A stretch of 64,000 nt of DNA from Raillietiella orientalis. Taxonomy: Eukaryota. The notes under the pieces were generated by a model that saw only the letters and a program-made list of their open reading frames with translations, made no database searches and was not told the DNA's origin. Shown here in pieces: positions 12,972 to 25,387 of this stretch; the stretch's first letter is position 1; every line of letters begins with the position of its first letter. The position numbers and the translations under genes were made by a program. The stretch is taken from assembly GCA_036172245.1 (NCBI GenBank), contig JAYWIR010000027.1, forward strand, positions 2,356,001 through 2,420,000, given 5' to 3'.

Positions 12972-13560
12972 ACCTCTTTGGCGCCGTGCGGCGGCAGTTC
13001 TCCGCGCGTGGCGCCGATCGTTGCCGGTTCGAATCCTCACGTGGAGGATCGATGCCAGGCAAATGGGTGTGTCGTGGGTTCCGAGTCCCCCACCCCGCCG
13101 GACGACGCCGGTCGGCCTGCAGGCTCCAAAGTCGGCAGTACCGGTGGAAGCCAGAAACCTCTGGATGCCCGCGTTGACGGGTCGGGGGCATGGGAAGCTG
13201 GTTTTCCAGGTGTCCCTCCAGGAATCAAGGAGGTCCCCACGGAGGGGGGAACGACGTCTCCATCTTGCACCATCTCGTACCGTGGAGCTGGTTAGCACCT
13301 CTCCAGAGTGTGAAGAAGCGCGCTGCTCCCTTCCGGGAGCACCCTTCAGGGAAGTCGGGAAGTGTCTCCCTTTTCAGAGGAGTGAACGAGGAGTGGATCC
13401 TTTCGTGGTTCCCTTCTGAGAAGAAATGAGGAGCGGCCTCCTCCAGGGGGGAAGGGGAAGCCCTCCAGAGAGATAAGGTATGAGGTTCCCTTCGGGGTTC
13501 ACTCCCAAGAGTAAGAGAGGAACGGACTCCTTCCTCCTCAGTCCTTCCCGGATTCATAGT
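12972..13560 (+). mobile_element. tRNA-derived SINE-like element, copy 1 (longest)
   Basis: A-box-like TGGCGCCGTGCGG (12979-12991) and B-box GGTTCGAATCC (13026-13036) lie at tRNA-like spacing. The body aligns by eye with 28150-28660 and, from TGTGAAGAAGCGCGCTGCTCCC onward, with the reverse complement of 59470-59742. Confidence 0.8.
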
Positions 13561-15964
13561 GTGGTCTCCTCCCTTTTCCTTCTCCTTGTCCAATTCACGG
13601 TCCCATGATACAAAGCATTGATAGTCGCAGAACAAGGCTGTGGAATCAGAACTAGCAACAGTGCTGATAAACTCACCACTGTTCAAGAGATGAAGAACAG
13701 GAGGAGGTTGGAACCATGGATGATTTCATTTTTCTTAAACTGTGAGCGTTCCCAGTTGAGTGGTCACCGAGCCACCCGATTCAGGTGGCCTACGTTGCTT
13801 AGAGTACTACAAACTGCAGCGATTCCATCGGCCCTCCAGCGTGGAATCTCGTGTTCGTAAACTCAGAATCCCTTTTCTTACTTTTCACACTCACTCCGAA
13901 TCCGAGCGGATGAAAGACATCTCGCTCTACAAGCTATCTGTTGATTGGAACTCTGTTGCAGTCGGTAAAGCCGACCAAAGTGAGAAGAGTGACCCGCCTC
14001 TGCACTTGTACGTCAGCAATCGCAATGCCACGATGCACTAGACATGTTTTTTTTTTTTCCTTTTTTGTGGTGGAAAGGGAACAGTGAACAAAGTGCAGCT
14101 CAAGAACTCATTGCAAAGCATACTTCAGATTGTTTCGCCTCAAATTGACTTTTTTGTTATCGATGTGATCTCTGGAGCCTTCCAAAAGTTAAAAATTGGT
14201 TGGAAGCCGTACTCCGGTTTGGTTTTATCGCCTTCCCTCGGAACACATGGAACCAAAAACAAACTGCAATGATGTAAAATAAAATTATAGATGGGAGAGA
14301 AGCATACCATTTACATGCTTGCGGGTAATGCTGTAAGAAGACACTGTAAGAAGCACTTTTCAGCATGCATGTTGTCTGCAGGAATCCGATTCTGAATGCC
14401 CCGTGGGAACGAGAACAATAGATACCTTCTCAAGAGACGTCAGCAAGCGATGCTACAAAATGAAATGCTAGAAACTTGCGAATTAGTCATTCAGTGTGGC
14501 TGCGATTGGCTACCGTCCCTGGAAAAGCATGGTAACAAACAGATGCCAGCAGTCACATGGAGCCGATCAAGACTCTTTTTATCCTCGCTTGCTAGCCTAG
14601 ATCACGTCACATCTCTTTTGACAGCAGCCAGGTCAAGGAGCCTAAAACCCATAAAAGTGAAGATTTCGATATCCGGATTGTCTTTACGTAAAAAACAGAA
14701 AGATCTGAAATCATATTCGAAATCCAAACCATAATGACAAAACTATTAGCGGAATATCTCCTGCGTTGATCGTGAGAGAACACTCGTCTTGCCCTTTGAC
14801 CATCACATTACCTTTTCTCCGCTGGGAACATGTCTTAAGCAATCAATAAGCAATACGGTTGATAAATTATTACAGTCAATTAGCAGTGCGCTAAACTCTC
14901 GTAGCATCTGCTCCGGAGGCTTTCTATCTCATACGAACAAATGGGCACAATCAGGTCAGCCGTGTGCTTTACGAATTGATCAAGAGAACGAATCCGTGCC
15001 GAATTTATTCAGAGTGTATTTAGTGTATTCGCTTCTCATGTTGAGTTCGAATCTCCTGGATTTATCCTCCGTGACCACAGGAAAATGGTGACCACTTCAT
15101 TTATCGGCAAGAATCCATTTGGCAGGGCAAACGAGGCACCATCGAACCATGCTGTTCGTCATGCTCTAAGTACAAAGCTTGGGGAAGAACATTTTATAGC
15201 ATGAATTACAAAACAAATTTGTAGGCAGATTTGAATGTTTGCTGAGTATGTACTTGATATCCAAAACTGAAACTTCTTTTTCCTATAAAGAGCTAAACTT
15301 ATGATGGCACTACAAATAATCAGTATTCATTTTGAAGTACGTGTAGTGGTGCAACAACCAGTTTTTAGTGTACGTACAATCTGATTGAAGTATTGTTTTT
15401 GAATTCAAAACAGAGAAAACCATGTTCCCACAAATGTTGAAAACACACACCCAAAACAAACAAAAAAACACAAGAAAAAAGACTTTTCTCCTCTTTTTGT
15501 GTTCTTAAATTGTACTTGAAAAGCAAACTTTACACATTCTTGTAGCACACTCAAGGTAAATAATAAATCTGCAATAAAAGTGATCCGACAACATATGCAT
15601 ATGATTCAAAAATTGTTCTTTGCATCGGATTCTGGATATTTAAGAAAATACATATGGCTCGTTTTCTTTCTTTAGCGTTCTTCTTATTCTTCCATGTACT
15701 TGTACTACGCATATATTCGTGTCGATATATTTGTGGTAATTCTGGCTGAACACTCATGGCCAGTGAACAATGCTTGTGATCAATTTGAATCGTTCCTTGC
15801 ATCAGAAGTATCGGTGTAAGTAACTCTCTTGGCAGTTGTGTTTGGTTCTCTGCTGTTTTACTAATAAAGGATGGATATTTTTGCATAATTTCGTCACCAG
15901 CGTCACTGTTAATACTGATGGTCTATTGGAACGTTCATGCAATGCTCTTAGAATAAGAGCAATT

Positions 15965-18900
15965 ATGCAGGAAAACCGAGTGACCTTTGATTTTCTGACC
16001 TTTGTAAACGGAACAAATGTTTTTTTATTTCCAGTGTGTTCGAATTCTAATTTGCATTTTGCATTATGATTAATGAAAAGGATATATTAACTTTTTATCA
16101 GCGTATAGAGTATCCTCCTATAATGAAAATATATCCTCTTCCAGGATGGTGTGGAAGGTAGGTTTTGTTTCGTTTTGTTTTCGATCTCTTAACGTATATT
16201 CATTTTGCAGGTCATATAGATTGGAGTATGTTGCTTATAGAATGGGCATGCTATCCGTTCTAAGAAGTAAAACGCTTCAAGGTATACTTTAACGGACAGC
16301 ATTGTCGCGTAGTAGATAGAACGTCGTTATACAACATACCTTGACCCAAACAAAATCCTTTACTTTGTGGGTCAATGTTTGAAACTTAGGTCAGTCATAA
16401 TGGCAAAGGAAAACTGGAAATGGCTTCATTACATTTTCTTAAGTACAACATGCACAAACTTAGAGATTGGGTTTCTAAATAAGGACCTAAGCGGATTATG
16501 CTAATGAAATATTGTTTGCGGTAATTCATTGATGAAGGGAAATAAAATCCTTTTATACATTTTTTTTATGAACATGTTATGTTAAGATTTCTTCACTTTT
16601 ATGAGTTACATTATCAGGCTTCATGTTAAAGGTTGCTGAATTTGCATTTCTTTAAGCCATTTCATTATTAAAATATGAATGTAATTTCAGAATGTAATAT
16701 TTTATTCAGAGTATTTCCGAGTATTTTTTTGATTGTTTAGATACTCCATTTATCCTTGATTCCTGCCCTTTCTTGATTTATCTTATCTGTTTCAATGCAA
16801 TCATTAGTCTGTGTTTCATTTCCTGTAACAGTTTTCACGCACTTTTAATGGATTTTAATTTGGATCTCTATTTTCCTTAAACTTTTTGGATGTGTTCCAT
16901 TCTGAAATTAGATGACCATGTTTTTCTGAGACCTTTCTTTTTTGTCTTTTTATGTTCAGAGTATATGCAGTTTACTTTTGTTACTAGTGTTACTTTCCAA
17001 ACTTTTACTGTAAATCACCCTTAAAGCAATTTTTCCCCCGAGAAAATGCTTTTGTTTTGTATTGCAATGTACTTTTTGTTTATGAAGTGAGCTTTCTATT
17101 TTATTTTGGATGTTTTTAGGGTTTTTTTTTTTTCATCCATGTATTGAAAAGGGTTAAGATATCATATGTTGAATTCATTGTATGATTTCAGTGTGTCACA
17201 CCTATTCATTTATTATTGTGGTTCTGAACTTAGCATTTCATCTCTTTTCCATTATAACTCTGTTTCCAGCTTTTAATTTGTATTAATATCAAAAGGAATG
17301 TGACATGAATTTGTATTCTATCCTATCAAATACAAATTTTTTTATGGGCATGTTTATGAGTTTTACATTAGTAAGTTGACCAAAGATGCATTTATCCATA
17401 TGTTGTTTGCATCCTCATTCTCAAAGCACAATTTAGCTTGCTAATAATTTTTCCTCAATGAATATTTCCCTTAAAGCATGTGATTGTTTTTAAACATGGT
17501 ATTGTGGTTTGCTATTAATTGCACCATTGCGATCATACCAGGGATGGATTTCAAATATTTTCATCTCTTTCTTGTTGAATATACAGTTGTGAATAAATTG
17601 TGTTTCCTGTCTTTCCTGGTTTAAAATTTTTCAAGTTGTTGATGACAATCAAGAGCATTCAGATGTAAGAAAATGTAATCACTACCACAACTACCAAAAA
17701 TCGATGCTTTAGCAATCCCCATTCCTTCTCCCCTTTTCCGCACAGTTGCATTTTCTGTGAACATCAGTTACCCAGAACCACTTCATTTCTTTCATTTATG
17801 CTTTTTGTTAATCCTCCCAAATTAATTCTTTCAATTTTCTCTTCAATTTCATTTATTGTCTGTAAAGTGCTTGGAAGACGTTAAATCTTAATTTAATCAC
17901 TGCATGAATGCTTAGGTTATTAGAGTTCTGAATAGAATTAGAATATTATTTTTGTTTCTGATTGCACTGTTTTATTTATGTCTGAGGAGCATTCTTGTAA
18001 TAAGATATATTTGGTTCATCATACTAATTACATTGCAAATACTTGCAATAGGAGCTGTTGTTGGCATATGGATGGGTTTTGGTGATGTTCTTCATGCAGG
18101 CATGTATTCTGTGGCAGTCTTGGAACCCAATGGAGATGAGCTGGAAGAAAAATGGCAAGATGCTTTAGAAAAACTTCTCATTTGCAGGTAGGGGATGGGT
18201 GATTTCAATTTACTTCATGTTATCTGTCTGCAGATATGGTCGTGAAAAGTGTACTATTAAAATTGCATCAGTTTTGCATTAAAGCAAAATGAATATGTTA
18301 CTGCTTCCATGGAAGTGGATGCATTGATGTTGCTAATCATTACCATAATAATAATAATGAGATCAATATACAATATTTAAGAAAGAGAATAGTAAACTTG
18401 AAAAGTGTAGATTAAGTTTGATAAGCTTTGAAAATAAAATATTATAAATGCATAAAGAATTGTGCAGTTTTATACACTGCATAGTTATCAGTATTGTTTT
18501 GTGAACATTGCCATAAGTAATGGGACTATAAATGCTTTTAAGCATTTATAGTCCCATTACTTATGGCAATCAGCATTTGCAATCAGTAGAAGTGAAGAAT
18601 TTGTTACAATGCACTCCTAGGGAGATTTTTGTTTCAAACGCAGTTTTGCTGTATAAGCTCCTGTAAAATGTGACAAATCGTAAGGTATCAGTCTTGAAGT
18701 TCTTTGGAGCTTCATAAATGAAATGCTCCAAAGAGATTTAGTTGGAACATTACTATATTATTATTATTATTATAAGTTGCTTGGAATTTTTTACTAATAT
18801 TAACTTGCTAATAATACAAAATTTCAACATCTTTTGCAAACAACAATGTGGGATGCCTTCAGTGTATTTTATTGTGTTTCCTCGAATCGAATAGAATAAG

Positions 18901-21900
18901 TTAGTTTTGACTATTTAGCGAGGAATGAAATTTTGAAAAAACTGTTTGTAGCACAGGACAGGAGTTGCTGACTGAACTTTCAAAAATTATTTCCACCTTT
19001 GACGTTAAATTGTGTGATCCAGCCATGGTTATGGTGGGCAGAGATGCAAGGTGAGTAATCAGACTAACTTTTTCAAAGCCAGTTTAAGAACTATCATTCT
19101 AATCTTGCTATTATATTTCAGAAGTGATAGCCAAGAACTGTGCGAGGCAGCTTTGCAAGGTATCAGGCATTTTGAATGTGTAGTGAAGGATCTTGGTGTG
19201 GTCACAACATCACAGTTTCACATTATTTTAAGAGGCTTCACTTTGAAGTGTGATGAACCATCAGAAGAAGGCTATTTCATTAAATATAGTACTGCTTTCA
19301 GAGATCTCATACAGCACACATCAGTAAGAATGCAGTCAATCCTGGGTTTTGTTCGCATTAAACTCTTCAGACTGAATTAATAAGTTTGCAAGTGGATGGA
19401 GGAAATGGTGCTGCTGCCATCAAACTGGAAAAATTGTCCGAATACCTAAATGATATTCTTATAATAGATGTTTACAATAAAGGAGAGAAAACAACCGAAG
19501 CGGACATAGAATGTGGAGCCGACTATGTTAGATTGCAAAATCGAACTCCATTAGGGAAAGAAATAGATCCGATGACAAAGTGTGCATCCCTGGCTGGTCG
19601 AGGAGACAAAATAGTGTATTTCTATACTAATTGGAGCGATGAAGTGTACCTTCTAGATGGTCATAGAATCACAGCACTTTGTAAGTAACAAGTGGAAATC
19701 AATTAATAATTATAAACAAACTCATTAGTTACAGTTATATCTCTATCATTGTTTATTAATTGGTCCCTTATCATTATTATCGCTGAGTATCGAATATGTG
19801 AACTTGTTATGCAATATGATACATATATACAGCAGGATGTACACGAAAAAAGGAGTTGTTTCAAGATACCTCGCCTCGATAAACCGTACGTGCGTGATGC
19901 CTTCACGTTAGTTGCTTCGAAACTTGCCTTGGAAGGGTTTTTGCTAGTTAGTTTGTACAGAAATTCCAATCCATGATTACTTTTGCAGTGAACGTATAGC
20001 AACTTTCCTCAGCGTTTCGGAACAAAGAATAAGAAATTCAAGTCAGCCGAGTATTGCAGTAATTAGGCGAAATGTAGGTTTCTCTGTTGTAGGATTACAA
20101 AAATTGGACACTAATGGTTTCGTGTTCTGGGGTGAAAAAATCTCGTCTAACGTCTTTTTTTTTTTTTTTAAATGTTGTGTTAACTTTTCCTAACTGATCG
20201 ACATTTGCATCAGAGTGTTTTTGTGTGTCGATCTATGTGGGTTGACGAATCTGGAATGTTGTCAGGGTTGGACTTTCTCATGCGATCACGTTTGTGCCAT
20301 TGCCTTGATCTTCGTAGTATCTCCAGGGTGAGGATGCACACGCAGCCAGAAGTGACTGGATTTTCTCCCGAGTTTATCTGCAATGTGCATGCATGTTGTT
20401 TTCATGCTAGACTAAGTGGTTTTTGATTCTTCCTTTTCACATTCAGCCCGGAGCATCATCCCGTGCTGCCCCTAAATTTGTAGGGAATTCTGGATGATTG
20501 CTCCGCCTTCGCCCATTTTTAGCCTCTTCTATTGGATCTATTTTCTTCGATATTTCCTCCTATGTATTCCATGTAATGCGATGTATTCTCTGTTATCAAA
20601 AGCAGGTGTGTTGGTTAATCGATTCAAATTTACACCCACAGTGCAATGTGGATTCGAATGTGTAAAGCAGCTTGTTGTGGCGGTTGTACAACACTCAGAG
20701 AAGTAGATCCGCATAGTTTGAGGGTCGCAAAAGTACCGAAAGTCAAACACTTTCCACAGTAAAATGCTCATTCCTACACTACCTCTGTCTTCTGTCGGTG
20801 TGTTGGATGAATTACAACTGTCATTGGAGTGCTAAGTATGCAGGTATTTTGTAGTCCAGATTCCCCAGCCAGGAAAGGTCAAGGATAGCATGCACGCTTA
20901 ATTCAATATTGTGAAGTAATGCAAAAATACCCTTTCGATGCATGCCGTACCCTTCATTGGGATTGTTTCAGCAGCTGCGCCCTTTTGTGGCGAGCTGGGT
21001 TGCAGCAAGGATCTTGCATCGGTTGATGGTATTGCAAAGATCTTTTAAATGCGCTGATGTGCAGCACCTTGCTGATTCTCATGCCAGTGAATGTCTTCCT
21101 CCCTTGACACTGATGTATTACGAATCTCCGGTGAAACGGGAGAAAAAGCGTGTGCATTTCCATTGCTGTCTTATTGCTTTTGTGAAAGAATTACGAAACG
21201 TGATAAAAGCTTCTGATTATTTGCGGTTAGTAACAACCGCAAATAACCAGAAGTACTATCACTAAGTACGCACGCAGGCGAGTATCATGAAAATGCAACC
21301 CGCAAGCGTCTTTGCACCGATTGCAAGAATAAGGCTCTTGGAAGAGGTCTTCCGTGCCCAGACGTTTGCAGATGGTAGCTCAATGGCTCGTGTCTGCAAA
21401 GACTTCGAGTCATCAGTCGTCGTCACTTAATTTATTGGGATTATTATTAGTACCGGAGGCCACGAGCGTTGGTCCTGTAGACCTTGTTCCCTTGCGGTTT
21501 CTTTCCAGTCGTCATTACGCCAATTACTCTTCGAACGGAAGTCCAAAGAGTTGCGAATACTCGCCTACTGCGACCAAGTCTCTGCAATGTTCTTTCGTGA
21601 TGCAACCGGCGAACTGCGTTTTGCGTGGACTTCGACGACACGAAAAGTGGATGTCACAAGCCGACAACTTCATTCTCAAGTAGTGTGTAACTTGAAGGCA
21701 GTGGACTGGAATGCACGTGGTAAAAATGACCGAGCAAGGAAGGACCATCGTGATGGGTGACTCCGTAGCCACGAAGAATCATTCGAGCTTTTTTGCTGTT
21801 TGGGTCCGTTCCTTTGTAGGTCGTGCTTATTTCATTTTCACTTCAACGTGAAGCGTGCCCATGTTTTCTGGAAATGACAGAGCATTTCTTGTGGCATTCG

Positions 21901-24900
21901 TTCCCAGCGAGGCTCCCTGCTTGCCTGCTTTTTTTTTTTTTTTCTCGTGATCTTCTTCCTGATGCGCCATTTTTCCATAGGTCCCGTAGCCTCGAAAAGC
22001 GATACCTCAGCCATCGTTCTTCCAAGTGGAAGAAGCGTGGTGTCTGCTCCTGAGCTGCTCTCGAACGAGACGGTTGCACCGGAAACGACATTTGCAGTTT
22101 CGTAGCCCCCCGTTTAGTGATGTATCGCGAAGTCAGTAGCAGCATCGTTGATAGGGAATGTTCTTTCCAGCAACCGGTAGTGCCCAACACCACCAAGTTT
22201 TGGCTTCTTCCAAGACCTTCTCAGCTTTTCTTATTTCAAGCTCAGGGAGTCCCAAGTTATCCCTAATTGCAACAAAAATGTCTCCTGTTACTCTTTGTTG
22301 CCTCTCCATTGCCATCAGATTCAAAATCTCATTTCGTTTCTTTTTTAGATGCCAAATATTTTGTGGAGCTTTCATTGGCTTCTGTCATGCCACGAAAAAC
22401 ATCCATAGGTGTTGTGCACACATGTTGTGTCGAAGGAGGTGTTCTTAAATATCTAAAGGATATTTTGGTAAATTTACGAAAACGAATTCTCAATAACTAA
22501 TTATTATTATTATTAGAACGTGACATTAGTTTGTGTTGCAGTAGCTAACACAGCAAAGTTAAAAGAGAAAGCTAAAGAGTTTGATATAGGTATCTGTTTA
22601 AAACCCATTGGTCACGTCACTGTCGTATTCGGTGATGAATTCAAGAAGTGTATTGACGAAGCTGCCTCAGAAAACAAGTGAGAACTAACAAGGAAGCATG
22701 CGATTGCAGTGGAATTTGATAGCTTTCGATGATTCAAATTGATTTGCTTAAGCTGTATATCTGTTTAAAGAGTGCAACCATCTAGTCAGACCTGTAAGCC
22801 TGTATCAATAGTATGAATGAACGTGAGGATTGTTCCAGAAGTGCCGTGATGGTCAGTCGAGCTAGAATTTCACGAATTCTCTGTTTATTTTGGTGTGTGC
22901 TAAGGCGAAACAGGAAGGAACAGTAAAGTGAACGTCCAGATTGTGCTTCTCGTGTTTGTCACCGTCTTAACTTTCCGCATTTGCTCCACACGTTATGCCG
23001 GCGGGTTGCGAAAATCCCTCGAGCAGTCGCATGTGAAAGAGTTGTGGCGGGTCTTCCGCGTTCTCGTGTTTGCATCCATGGAAGGTCCGTCTTCGAGCTG
23101 CCACCGGTTCGGACGGTCATGTGGATGGATGGCTGCCCATCGAAGTAAAGACAAATCACAGTAGCAGCCGTATAGTAACAAAGTCGAGTATCGTTTGGTG
23201 CAACTTTTTCCCGTTCCACTCGTCCACGCCGCATATCCGAAATAGGCAGTTCAGCGGATCAGGTTTGGGTGAATAGCAGGTGCAGTCGAGCTGGAGTGAT
23301 GGCACTTTCGAGCAGACTTCTATTCCCCTTTTACGCAGTTTCATCTTTCCCTGCAAGTTCGGAAGAGCCTTTTTCGAAGAATGCTTGTGAACGTGCTCAA
23401 GAGAAGCGAAAGTGGCGGCAGAAGAAATTGTTCAGCTTCTCAGGTTTCCCTTGATGCGCAGGCTGGACTTTCGGGGCGATGCTCTTTGCATTGGTTGCCG
23501 TGTCCTCTTTGGGTGGTTGATTTTGTGGCTTGGGCGCACGCGCTGCGGTCGCATGTGGGTCGGAAACCGACTTGGCGGAATTTAGAACGAGTCTTGGCCA
23601 CACAATACGAGAACCCTTGCTGCCCAGAAAATGCGGGAGGTGGGCCGTCGGAACCGTGTTTGTAGTTTTAATTTTTTGTTGCCACCACGGCAAAACATTT
23701 TTGCTTCTTCACAGTTTGTCTTTTTTTTATCCTTCAAGACCCGGAGTTTCCTTGGTGGTACTTTGGTGCCCAAGTTGACTTCCTCTTGCGTTCATGTGAT
23801 GCCACGTTCCGCAGTAGTTGGGATCTTTCAAAAAATATCCTTGCCAATTTTTTTGGCGAAGATTTTCAGAGTTCTTGGTTTCCATGTTTACATGATAAAA
23901 TCTCCTCAAAATGCTGGAGCGAGTACTTCCAAGAAAACCTCTGTAAGAGTATGGAGCTATTCAAAGCCGTTGACTTCGTTCAAGGATTTTTGTGATTTCC
24001 GAATACTGTGGAAATGACCTCAGAGGACTTCGCCGTTGCTTTGCTCCAGCAAAAATTTTTGCCTCGCATCATTGGCCATTGCAAATTTCTAGGACGTTGA
24101 ACGTATCTTGCCTTGTTTAAAGTTGGAATTGGGAAGTGTTTGCAACTTTGTGATAGTCGTGTAGCCAATAGCCTATCTTTTTCATTTTTCTTCCCCTTCT
24201 CATCTGATTGCACCTCTCAGACACCCGAGTGTTCGCACGGTTCTTTTCATCTAGCAGTGAGATGACACCTTCTCACTGAGATTGAGATTTCGTTTTCTCT
24301 GCGTGCCTTAAGTGTTACTGAAAACCTCCCTTGTATTGCACTTGGGAAGTTCTATGTCCGCGGTATAAACGAAACCAAACTGTTGTTGCTGCCTTGCTAT
24401 TCTCTCCGAGAAGGATTGGCAGCGTACACTCGTTTGAATCGTGCCGTGTTGCTCGACCCTTGTGGTCAGGACACACCCCAGCCGAATCCAGATTTCACGC
24501 GAAAGTGTTGAGGGCGGCCTGCGTCGTGGAATCCTTACGTTCGGATGCATAGAGCAGAGTTTTCGGTACGTGAGGCCGACTCGATTACCCATCACTTTTA
24601 AGTTTATCTTATGCCACCTCAAGTGTTCTATGCAGTTAGGGGCTTCCCCCCAGAACTGCATGTGATCACTCGTCTTGCGGGTCGAGTAGAAACTGTGTTT
24701 ATTTCTTATCGATCGCCTTAGGGAAGGGTTGAGCATGACTTTTACGCCAAAGCGTCGTCCATGTATTCGTGATACATAAAAAGGGACGTAAATTGTTTGC
24801 TTTCAGTGCTGATCCTGCAACTGTTCGCCTTCAAAAGTCTACGCAATTACTTGATGTGGTTACAGAGGATGCTTTGGTTCACTTATTGTTCATAGAAAGT

Positions 24901-25387
24901 ATTCTGTATTATTTTGAGATGTCTGTAGAAGGTTGGTACAATTTGTATCACTCTGAACCAAACTGCCAGATCAGAATAAACATTGAGGTATGGTGTTTTT
25001 TTTTTTTTTTTAAAAAAAAAAAAATCAACTTCAAAGTGCCTTTTAGAGCAAGTTTGGTGTTGCAATAGACGACGCAGGTCAGTTCACATACCCATGTGAG
25101 CTTGCAGACAAGTTGGTGGATATTTGTACGGCGTTTGTCCCATATCGTTGTAAGCCTAAGTACACCATCAGGTGGGAACGCTGCTGAATGATTCGCGCCT
25201 CTTATTTACTCGCATTAGAGCTGCAGCAGATCAGAATCTAGTGTGGATTCATGCTGAAGCCGAAAGTCAAGAAATCGCAAATAAGCTCGCAGTGTTTGGA
25301 GCACAAAGGGTGTACCAGTATGCACAGGGCATTGGAAATAAGCCAGAGTATCCTATTCCTACCTATCATGATTTATCTCATCCGTAA
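15965..25387 (+). CDS. Phosphoacetylglucosamine mutase (PGM3/AGM1)-like protein with degenerate catalytic motifs, 12 exons, ~555 aa
   Basis: Phase-consistent exons: 15965-16003, 16102-16157, 16211-16281, 18052-18187, 18952-19050, 19122-19323, 19371-19680, 22349-22467, 22517-22677, 24807-24987, 25047-25171, 25219-25387 (1668 nt, no internal stop). PGM3 landmarks appear in order: YRMGMLSVLRSK, VMVGRDAR, DLGVVTTSQFH, VDGGNG, CGADYV, DKIVYFY...LLDG, SIGVVHT, KAKEFDIG, IHAEAESQE and GIGNKP. Exons 1-2 are less certain. Confidence 0.9.
18507..18570. repeat. Perfect 31-bp inverted repeat with a 2-nt spacer (intron 4 of the PGM3-like gene)
   Basis: ATTGCCATAAGTAATGGGACTATAAATGCTT-TT-AAGCATTTATAGTCCCATTACTTATGGCAAT, read directly from the sequence. 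Confidence 0.97.

Noticed and set aside
14396..15091. Two same-frame + strand ORFs (112 and 100 aa)
   Set aside because: They are separated by stops, with no recognisable domain and no consistent splice model.
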